NCBI GenBank assembly: GCA_965178125.1
Contig: OZ237761.1
Coordinates: 248,001 to 312,000, forward strand
From: Bilabrum cf. latius
Lineage: Eukaryota
DNA length: 64,000 nucleotides
Direction: 5' to 3'
Shown here piece after piece: positions 36,801 through 47,413 of the stretch (position 1 is the stretch's first letter; every line of letters begins with the position of its first letter). Under the pieces are notes generated by a model, which searched no databases, was not told the origin of the DNA, and saw only the letters and a program-made list of their open reading frames with translations. The position numbers and the translations under genes are program-made.

Positions 36801-37549
36801 GTACTCGCTTTCACGCGACCATGGCTTGCCAGAGAGATATTTTTCGAGGGACGCGCAAAGACCTTCTAGCTTTTGCTGCGGGAGATAGGCGAAAGGAGCT
36901 GAACTTCAGGAGTTCAACATGATATATTGGCCAATACTACCAGATATGCAACGCACGTGGCAGCTGGTGGCGAGCTACCTCATGTGCGAGTCTGGGGTTT
37001 GTCATCAATATATGGCACCACTCGGTCTTACCGCAACAGGTTTTGAGTAGTGTAGCATATCCTTCATTATCTATCCGAAGCGCCAAAAGCCAATCATGCG
37101 AACAGCAGTCTGCGAAGTGCTCGAACGATGCAGAAGACTGGAGGGACGAACCTGATGATGCGCTCTGGTCTAGAGGGTACCTGATTGAATTCAACCGGTC
37201 TCACGTGTCCGATCTAGATCATGGAGCTAATAACTTGAGTGAGGGCAGTTGCAAGCTTCAGGCTGACGTTGATTCCTGTGATTATCCATTTTGTGGCAGT
37301 CAGGACTGCTGCTGCTATTTCGACGGGCTCTCCCGCCTCACTGTGTACTTGAAGCATTGAAGCGTTCAGAACGGAGTCATGCTAAGGACTAGTGCCAAAT
37401 GGAGGCGCCTCTGTGGCAATTAAATCTCCAGAGTACGTGGGACCGGTCTTCACTGCCCAGTCCAACCTCGGACGATTGTCGATCGTTGAGAGCCCACTGG
37501 TCATGCAGACAAGTGCCGCCAAAATTGCGGCAGAAGCAAGGGTTTGCAT
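30837..37549 (-). CDS. Large secreted protein (~2150 aa with TAG=Q) with one EGF-like domain
   Basis: Eight ORF pieces in one frame from 36875 to TGA 30837 (16 TAGs, no TAA/TGA). Proposed upstream exons 37205-37549 and 37032-37109 with phase-0 GT-AG introns. Signal peptide MQTLASAAILAALVCMTSG. EGF-like CSGHGQC...CECEQGYSGLLCE. Confidence 0.75.
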
Positions 37550-37818
37550 TTTCCTGTACGGGAGCCAACAAAAAAATCCCAATCAATCTCTGTGAATGGG
37601 AGTGAGGTGCGACTGGGTAGACTTGCTGGCTCCAAATCAATTATGCCTCACTTCGAGCTGGCTCTACCGATCGGAGCCTTTCGGTCGCGCCGCAGGTCGC
37701 AAGTAGCGCCAGCCCCCGGACAAACACAGCACGCATCCGTCTCAAACTTCTTCCTAGCACTCTGTCCGAGAATAAATCACCCCATCCGCAGTTAGTCAGC
37801 TTAGATTGGTCGGCCGAT

Positions 37819-40497
37819 TCAACCGCTCTGGAGCAATATCGCCGCGGGAGCCAGAGGAGGCAAATGGACCGCTGCCCAGGCCTGCCCGGTGCTCGAGGTG
37901 CTCGGGAAACACCGCGCACCACCCGCCGCGAAGGGGCCGGGGCTAGAAACGCACGGCCGCTGGCTCATCTGATCGATGGACCCCGCAGCGGGCCATGGAC
38001 CCGTCGAGCCCAGCCACAGGCGGACGACGACAGGCTTCGCACGAAGGTTCGACATCAATGCCACGGTGCTTCCATCCGGCAGCACGGATGACCCGCAGTA
38101 CACCCCGTACGCAGGGCTCGGAACCACCTCACTTGTCACACTGCGATCACTCGTCACACCTTGCAGCACCTCCTCGCAGATGAGGGCGGTGCCGAGCCCC
38201 TTCCCCTCCGCGGACGCGGCCGCCGCTCCGAGCTCAACGGATACATTGGTGCCAGGCTCGGCCATGGCCCTGGCGCCGCCCTGCATGTCAAACTGCCAGT
38301 ACGACACCTGCTGGTTCACCTGCAGCCATCGTAGCTCCGAGTCCGTGCGAGGCGACCCGCGCGCGGTGTACCGCAGCAGAGCAGCCGAGGGCTCCAGCGG
38401 GCTGGAAGCGTTGCCGAGGCACAGGAGACGGTGGGAGGGGCTGCTCTGTACCCACGACTGCAGCGCGGCGAACGCCCTGTCGCCGATGTGGGAGGTACCC
38501 GGGATCACGAGGAGCTGCGTATCACTCGTCACACCCGATGTGCTGTTGACTTCCAGATCGGACTCTGGGATCCACCCCATTGGCCACCCTCTCAGCCCGA
38601 AAAAGATCGACTCCACGGCCATCGCGGTTCGGGAGGTGGACAAAGGGTCTGCGATGAAGCTCGACTCCGAGTACAGGACACGGACTGGCCGGGTCACGCG
38701 CATGGGGTGGCCAAACACGCGCGTGCCCATGGCGGACAGCTCGATTCCCGTCCTCTCGATCGCGTCCAGGGCCCCGGGAAGCGTGGTGATGGACCACGGG
38801 AAGGCACCCGGCGCGGCCACCTGGCTTGGGGGACTCACAGTCTTCCCGCACACGTCGGGGTGCATTGCATTGCGGGCCCAGTACCACGTCTCCGCCCCCG
38901 CCAGCCCCTGCATGGCCAGGAACCAGAGCACCCCCCTCGTGTAAGCCGGCGTGATTTCTCCTCCGGAGCCCCTGTACCTGACCGTGGTGATCCCGTGCCA
39001 CTCGGTGTCCAGCACGGGCTTCGCGGGCGACAGGCTCTTGCTCAGGGTGTAGCCCATTGCGGTGCTGGCCCAGTCGGCGGCCCAGTAGCTCGCGTTCCAG
39101 GCCCACTGCTCCCTGGGCAGGATCAGCCGGGAGCTCGCATCATCCGCGGGTAGTATCCTAGAGTCCATCGCAGACACGTCCATGAGCCGAGTGAGCGCCA
39201 CTCGGTCGATGCCGTCGGCCAGCGGGGCGGCGAACGCGAGCTGATTCTGCAGCTTTAGCATGCACGCGGGTGCAGGGAGCTCTTCTTGGTATGACGAGTG
39301 CACTTGTTCCCTGGATCGAGCCGCGTCATCGGCGGAAATCGCCGCGGTCCGCATGGTCGCAAACCACTTCGTCACCCGCTCGTTGTTGAACCGGGCCCAG
39401 TCCGACCAGCGGGCCGCCACTGCCGGCCTGTTGCTGGGGTCTGTCCCAGGGCCCAGAGCGGGGGGCGGGGTCGGAGGCACCACGGCGGGGATATCTTCGA
39501 AACCGGAATAGCTGGCGTTCCAGGCAGCGTTGAGCGCCTCGATGCTGCCGTCGTACGCATTCGAGAGCCAGCTACGGTACTTGCCGAAGGTGAACGGGGA
39601 GGCGGAGGAGGTGAAGCCTGGCTCGTTGGCAAGGAGGTAAGGGCGGTACATTCTGCTGGCGTTTCGGGCGCCGGCTCTCTCCAGAGGAAGCGTGTGGTTA
39701 AAGGTATACTCCACCCCGAACGCAGCACCGGGGTTGTCGATGTCAAACCCAATAAAGTGCTGCTTCCAACCCGGACCGGTCACGTTGTTGACGCCCAGGT
39801 ATCTGTCTTCGACCCAGCTTGGCAGTGCCTGCGACAGAGCGAAGAACGCCGCCGGGAGGTTCCCCACCATGCCGTGCTCACTCAAAAGCTCGTTGTAGTC
39901 CTCAACGGCATACGGGCTGATATCCGGGCCGTGCGGGAAAAAGCTCTGCGGGGAGGTCCAGAGATCTACCATCACGGTTCTTAGCCCTGCCTCGGTTCCA
40001 TCTGCGCACGACGGGCCCCAGGTGAAGCCTAGCGCCAGGATCGGCGTGCCGTTCGACTGCAGCATGCCTCCTTCCATCACTACGCCCGCATTGGAGCCGT
40101 TGGATGAGGGCACTGGAAGTCTCGATGCAGATCCGTTCAGAACGAGCTTGGCTGATGCAATCGCGTTTTCTAGAGCGGAGAGCACCTCTGCAGTCTCGTT
40201 GACGGGAAGTGAAGCAGCGAGCTGTGCGTCTCTGTCGGGGTCCACATGGTGCGATCCGAACCACGCTGCGTACGCTGCTTGCGATATGTTCTTGTACGTT
40301 GTATCGTGCTCAATAAAATTGCATGCAAGTGTTGCTACTTGATGGCTGGCTGTCTCAAGGCTTGCATCTATTCCTGCGCTTCGCATGGAGTCGATCTAAG
40401 CCTGCAATACCTGCATGTCGGAAGAGACCCTACTCAAGCTGCACCCCAAGCATACTTCTCCACAAAAGAGTATAATTAGTGCGCCAAGTATGTGCAT
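37819..40497 (-). CDS. Secreted beta-galactosidase-like protein (GH42-like, clan GH-A), ~892 aa
   Basis: One TAG (40396) joins signal peptide MHILGALIILFCGEVCLG to the 855-aa ORF. Motifs LANEP (acid/base), YRSWLSNAYDGSIEALNAAW, DWARF, PVLDTEWHG (nucleophile), plus a trimerisation-like region LLVIPG. Confidence 0.75.
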
Positions 40498-40620
40498 TGG
40501 GTCAGATATCTGGAGAAAATGAGAAGAATAGATCAAAAAACTAAATGAAGATGCATGGCACTGCAGTTCACGTGTTTTCCGGAGGTGGAATTCGCTCGCA
40601 TCAGCGGCAGCAGCCAAAGC

Positions 40621-42144
40621 TCAAGAATTCAACCCCTTCCTAGCCCTGTACCTGTTTAAGCTCACCTCAAGCGCCGAGGACACCGCAGAACTCAGCACGA
40701 TGCCGGTGGTATCCGCCACTGACGCCACTCCCAACGAAAACTCCCTCAGGTGCGGCTTGGCCTGCTTCCGGATGAGCGAGAACGCCTTCACGTACAGAGT
40801 TCCGCCCAGCATTCCCACCCACAAGGACACCACCAGCACCGCCCAGCTCGATTTCACCGCATCCGTCATGGACTGAGCCAGGAAGAGGGCGAGGTTGACC
40901 AGCTGAAGGGCAGGCAGCGGCCACAGCTCGTTCCCTGGCATGGGCACGGACTCGCCGAACGTTCTGCTCAAGAATACGCCGCACTGATACGCAAAGTTGC
41001 TCCTGACATAAAACACATGAGAGCTGACCCCATCCCTAGGGAATCCGAGCGTGGAAGCCACGCCGGTGTTCACAGTGTACTCGAGAAAGTAGACCGCTGC
41101 CATCGACGCCATGTGTCTGGATATCGGCATAACTGCACGCAGCTTTTCCCAAAGGTCTGCTTCACCGTGTGAATGCTTGTCACCCTGAGCGGCCCCGATC
41201 GGGACCGGAGCAAACGCTTGCTCCCCGGCAGCTGCAGCCGCGCCCCCTCCCTCGGCCGGGGCAGCCAGCTCCAGGCCAGCGCCAGACGCGGACGAGAAGA
41301 CGGGAGACTACGGGCTCGAATTGCTCTGCTCTAATGCCTCGTCTCCGGTTGCCGAAAGGGGCACGCTATTGGCGCCAACGCGGCCGTCATGGTTGTGCTC
41401 GCCGCTCCTGGGCGCGCTTCCAGTAGGGACCTAGATCTGCGTGGCATCCGTGTCTCCTGGCGGGTCACCATGAGACACGAGAGGCTTCTCTGCGCTATCG
41501 CTACGGCTACTGTGATCCATTCTGCTTCCAGTAGCCGGTTTCTCTTCGGCTGGGTGGTCGTGTGGATCCACAGTCGGCGCCGTCAGGACCAGGTAGACGA
41601 CGCACAGGTACAGGACTGGGAGCGACGAGCCGAGCAACAGCGTGTTTTTCGGGGTCCAAGCTAGAACATCATGAAAGAGCAAGTACCACCCAGCCCCTGC
41701 GATTCCCGCAAACCCAGTACCGCTGGACCACGCCACCACGGAAACGTCCGAGTACACTGCCGTCGCGCTGAGAGCCGTCGCCTCTCCTAAGCCAGCCCCT
41801 GCGGATGCTACCATCACCCCGAGCAAACGTATCCCGACATTTTCAAAGAAACCAACCAGAAAGAAGCTCGCGATGGCAAAGAGACCGCATACAAGAAATC
41901 TAATATGGTACGGGATGCCGCCCGCGAAGGCCGGAGCGGCCAGCTTCACCACGAAAGTAGGGACTATGTCGCAGGCCAATATCACTCCCGCGTATCCCGC
42001 AAGAATCTGCTCCGCCGCACTTAACATCACTACGTACCCAAAGTTGTTCACGAGACCCATCACAAAGAATGCCACAGCATTTCGCCTTTGGACCCATAAT
42101 ACTGCACCCGGGCTGGGCCCGCGCTTTTCCTCAGCAGGCATCAT
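40621..42144 (-). CDS. CLN3: Battenin / CLN3 (BTN1) lysosomal membrane protein, ~507 aa
   Basis: AFFVMGLVNNFGYVVMLSAA, GLGEATAL, WSSGTGFAG, VYFLEYTVNTG, YQCGVFLSRT, GMLGGTLYV, REFSLG. The two ORF halves are joined by an open loop with 2 TAGs. Confidence 0.93.
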
Positions 42145-42476
42145 TAAAAAATTGTCAATTGATGTAAAAACTAGCGGCAGTCGTTTCGTGGGTATCAGAG
42201 CAGTGGACCAATCAGTGAGCTCTACTCGTCATTCGATCCTTGCCTGCACCGCTAGCAGCCTTGCTGGCAGCACAAATTGTTCATCTTCCGGTGATCTGTG
42301 TTGGCACTTAACAATTCAATCGCCTGACCTGGCGGTGTTGGGCCACATGCCCGGCGGCGCTGCCTAGGTGAACTTTCAGATGGTGCAAGAGTCCTCCTGT
42401 TTCCTTTGCCAGCCTCGTGAGATGCAGCATCTTTGCTTCGGTCACCGTTCACATGCCATTTTATTTTAGTCCAAAT

Positions 42477-45400
42477 ATGTTTAAGATGTTCTCGCTTGCT
42501 TATCCGGGCCGAGCAGTACGTCTTGGGGCGTTGCTGCCCTTCCTTGGCATCCGAGATATTTGTGCGCTCTCCCAGACTTGCACGGCTGTGCGAACAAGCT
42601 TGCGGGCACAGAGGAATCGGGTAGGCAAGGCAATCGAGCGTGATCTGTAGAGTAGAGCAGAGCACACATCCGGGAGCGAGGAAGTGGGGCTACTGTGGTC
42701 GATGGCGTATCGGCTCGTGCACCATGGAGGGCTGCTAACGCTTGCACAGACACAAGGGTGGAAGCAGCTTCGTGGTATATCGTGCAAAGGTATATCGGTT
42801 AATAGAACCGAGGAGTAGATACAGACCGAACAAGCTACGCATGCGTCGCAAGATTCGAGCAGTAGTGGAGCACTGGCAGCTGCCTACGATGTGGGCAACT
42901 GCAGCGCGACTCGACAGAGCCAACTGCCCTGCACGGAACCAAGCATCAGCCCGAGCGGTACCAACGACAGTAGCTAGGATGATCGATCAGCCAGTGTGGT
43001 AAGAATCTCACCCTCACACAAATCACACAAAGATCACCGGATGCAACAACGAGGAGGGGTAGATCGACTCGCACGGGAAACTGCCATCCACGACGACATT
43101 CCTCGCTTCAGAGTTGAGGAGAGCATCGCTGCCCCCACCTGTATGCAAGCTCTCTCTCGAGACCCGGATAGCGGCGGGGTCATTCGGGCCATCGTGGAGT
43201 GGGAAGAAGCCGGAAGGGTGCTGTGTGGCGGACAGGAGCGGTGTGCTGCTGAAGACGTGTAGGCCTGTGACGACTTTGAAAACGCAGTCGCAACAGCTCA
43301 GCTGGTGGTAGCTCTGTCTGGCAGCTTGAGGCATGTGCCGGGAAGGCTCGACGCGATTCGGAACGCTTTTAATGGCACATACCTCGTCGACCTATCCGAG
43401 GGTCACGCGCGTGAGGATGGCCCAGTGGGGATGGTCTCCGATGGATCCGATGGCGATCGAGCTGACGTGCCATGGACCGAGTCCGGGGTCGTTAAAGCGC
43501 CACTATCTGACTACCACGAATCTGGTGGTAGAATCAAGCTAAGAACACCCCACGATCTGGAGAAGTGCCCTCCCTCGCGAGCCGATGCCGATGCCGACGT
43601 GATGGAGCTAGACACGGCTAGAGGCAAACTCAGGTGCATGGTCGCCCCGTTGTCTCTGGGCGAGGCATATCCCCTGCCATTCAATGACGGCATCGAAGCG
43701 ATTATTGAACGGATTCATCAAGGCTAGGAAAGCGCTGCACGCGGTATGCGCGAGACAGTCTAGCCGGAGGTGCCGGCTGCCTGCACGTCGCGGATCCTCA
43801 CAGTGCGACGGACCATAGAGGAGAAACGCGAGGAAATCGACTCTGCTGCTGCCGGCATGATTGATCCAGATGCGACCCATTTCGCTGTTTGGAAAGCGCC
43901 AGGCCTGCAGCGAATTTAGGAGCTGCCTGATTGCTTGCCAGGTGCTTGTTCTGCAGGAGAGGCGACGGGCATTCGTTCGGGGGGCGCTGCAAGTGCTGGA
44001 ATCGTGGCAGCCCGAATTCCACTTCAGAACTCAGGTTTTGAGCCTTCTACGGGAACTGATGCAGTCTAGTGGATGCACCTGACGGCAACACTGGACGTTT
44101 CCAGCGCGGGTGTAGTACTCGGCCGAGTTGAGTAGCTCCACCAGGCTGCCACACAACGGCTCGGACTCATTGACGGCTACTGGTGCTACTGCAAGAGCTG
44201 GTCCTGCTGCAGGATTTTCTGCACGTCCTACCCGTGGCGGGCGTGCCTCGTCGGGTGGCTGGATTGCTGCCACGTGACAGTTCCTCTTGTCGTCTGGTTT
44301 GCGGTGGCGCAGGCACTGATCTGGGGTGCAATCCCACTAGCTTGCACCAAAGCGATCGTGCAGGATCGGTTGTTCAACGGCACATTTGCAGGCTACTCCG
44401 TGGAATTTGCAAACACGGCTGACGCGAACTTGTCAGCCCAAATTTTAGACGATGCCGTAGCCAAATGCAGCTCCACCAGCATACTTGAGTGGGGCAGTGA
44501 CGAATCAAGACCCTCTGACGCTCTGGACGCGCTGGATTCATTTCGGCTCCGGGCATGGTTGCAGTATTTGTGGATTGTAGTTTGTGCTTGTGCAGTTCCC
44601 GTCGTGTGTTTGGTGTGTTTTAAGCTGCTGTGGGGCTGCCGAAATGAAGCAGATGCCGTAAAGCTGACCCCGTGGATGCTGCTGCTCTGGAGCACCTGGG
44701 ATGCAGATACTATAACCGATGATGTATCATTCACGATCCGGCCTTGGTCCTGGTCGTCTGCTAACTGGCTGGAGGAACCGGGCTATGCGGAGACTACGCC
44801 CAGGTTGCCTCGTGAACTGGAGAAACACGAACTTGAGCTGATGGACAAGATGGGCAGTTCAGTAGCTGCTGAGCTTGCGTCTGTGCTAAGCCTTAGCGTC
44901 GTCCTTGCCTGCCTTTCGCTTCTACCCGAGGAGTCTATTGTATCAGTCCACACTTTCGAGGCGTTTGGTATCGCATCTGGAGTTGCGCTGATTGTTGCAC
45001 TTGTAGCCCTGCAGTGCCTGGATGTATTTCGCTTGGTTGTGCGCGGCAGCGATGGGAAGGTGCTGCCTCGTGATGGCGTGTGCTGCCCGCCTATGCAGCA
45101 GCTCGCAATCGGATGCTGCAGGCTGTCAGTGGCACGATTCGACCTTGCCTTGCTTGGTGGGCTATTGCTAGTTTGTGCCGCGCTATTGGCAGCCTCTCCC
45201 GGTGGAAGCATCTCAAGCAATGCACAGACTGGAATAGTCTGTGGATACGCAGGTATTTGGGTCTTCAGCACGTTCATGCGATTGGTAGTTTGCAATCGCA
45301 TGGCATGTCGCTGTGGTCCTGTCGAGCTGTACCGCAGGGTGTTTCTGTGCCAGGAGCCCGCGAGAGGACTCACTGATCTCCAAGCCGCCACGTGTACCAG

Positions 45401-46844
45401 CGAGCTGCAAGCGGCAGAACTAGTGCACGCATGTGTGGCTATTGTGCTGCTCATCGCATGCGCCGCCGTGGTCGGGCGCGACGTTCGCTTGCTGCACCCT
45501 TGGGTGCTTCTGTGGATAGTAGTGCAGGCACTTGGCAAGTCGTGGGCATTTGCGACGCACGATATAGTCTGCGGACGTTCCTGCAGTCCCACCAAGCATC
45601 GTGCGTGCTGGGACAGCGCGACGACCTGCTTCTGGGCGCGGTACCCGTGCTGTGGTGCGCTTGCTCCTTAGCAGAAACACACATATGCGGGTAAAATCCA
45701 AGAGCTTTCTTTCTCCATGCAGCTGATTGACTCCCTATGGGGCTCAGTGCACGGGGAAAACGACGGAAGCGATGCCCAAGGTCGTGCGTTCAAGACGTTC
45801 GAGCCTGTTGTCTCACCCAACTCGCCCGTGCTGTTGCTTCGATCGCCCTGTTTCTGTGATGAATTCATTGCTAGGTTGAACTTGGTGAGGCAAGCCGTGA
45901 ATCGGGGGTTCGTTGCTACTGACGCGAACTGCTTCCCTCGCTAGAATATTCCGGAACAAGCCCAATACCGCAAACGGAACAAGCATTGGCAGCCGCAGCT
46001 TGCGTCGTGTGCACTGAAACAGTTGCAAGTCGCCAGTGACCTCCTTCTCCTGCACGAGGCTCGCAACCGGAAGGTATCCGGAGATCGCCTGCTCAGGCTG
46101 CACCTGAGGCTGGAGGCCTTGTACGGTGCAACACTCCCCATACATGCAAGTGCAAACGCATACGATAATTGCCGTACGCAGACAGAAACAGGCGCATCCC
46201 CCGGGCCTGTTATGATTGGACGGTCCCATTTCCTTGATAGCTTTGAGATCGATCCTGCCCAGGTGCGTGCCTTGAGTGCAGCTGCGTTGGGTGCGGCCAT
46301 GTACGTTCTAGGCGGCCCGAGGTACCTGGTTAGGGCGTTCGTTGGCTTATTGTACTCTCGGCAGCACTCATCACAATGCGCCCAAGAAGGAGAGTTTGCA
46401 TCGCACTTTGCCTCTGGTTCAGCTGCTGCGCCTGCATCTGCTTCTGGCGCAGCCGCTTTGCGTGGTGCACCTGGGGTGTATGATAGGCTTGCCGTAGCCA
46501 ATGCACTCGATGCGGGCCGGCGGGCGTGGCAATGCATGATAGGAACGCTTGATGAGGCGCAAATTACTACCAAGAGCGATCCGGATCCTAGCTCTGATTG
46601 CAACAGTCACGGTGGTATTCGGGATTCTCCCTTGTGGATGGGCTCGCAGCGAAGGAGCCGTCTTGGGTGGACCTCGCCGTGTGCTTCTATCGTAGTCGAT
46701 TTAGGAGGTGGTAAGACGGTGTACAGCTCTCCCGCTTCGTGTCTCATGTCCCCGGATGATGCACACAGGGTGTTTGAGATCCCTGCGTGGGCAGTTCAGA
46801 GTGACGGCGATTCGGAAGACAGCGGTTTCGGCAATAGTGTCTGA
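42477..46844 (+). CDS. F-box-like N-terminus plus multipass membrane region, paralogue 1 (~1455 aa with TAG=Q)
   Basis: Six ORF pieces in one frame, 11 TAGs, TGA at 46842. LLPFLGIRDICALSQTCTAVR resembles an F-box core. Several hydrophobic helices at 44274-45560. Start uncertain (42453/42477/42486). Confidence 0.7.
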
Positions 46845-47413
46845 GTTTAATTAGTCAATTTGAATGGTATTTTGCTTTGTGAATGCTGTACGTTGCAAGA
46901 GTATGCCTGTGAACAGCCGAGTTGGAATCAGTGTTCCGGTTTTGGCCTCGCCGTGCGGGTGGTGCAACGTGCAAGTGACAGTAGACACTATCCAAGGTAG
47001 CTGTGGTCAAATGGCCCGAATTAGCGACGGTCAATTCCAATGCACGCCAATCATTTAGCGCGATGACTCATGCAAAGCAGCGCACGGGCGAGAGTACTAC
47101 TAGCGAGTTTCGCGGTCAGCCTCTGGGAAAAATGTAAGTTGACTGGTCAAAGCTATACAACCTGCTTTCCATGCCACTGCGAGCTGCAAATATACATAGT
47201 TCCATAACAGAGTGCGTATAAGCGATATGTTCATGCATCATTATACCCACATGCAGCAATGTGGCACGCTTGTCTCGATAAGGCGGTCGCCAATCTGCGT
47301 TCTCGGGTAGCAGCAAGTCCCAGCTCGGACGAGCACCGCTCGACTGCGAGGTTAGTTTACACGATACGGCGCGACAAAGCACGCGCATTCTACCTTGAGT
47401 CACGTAGCAATAA

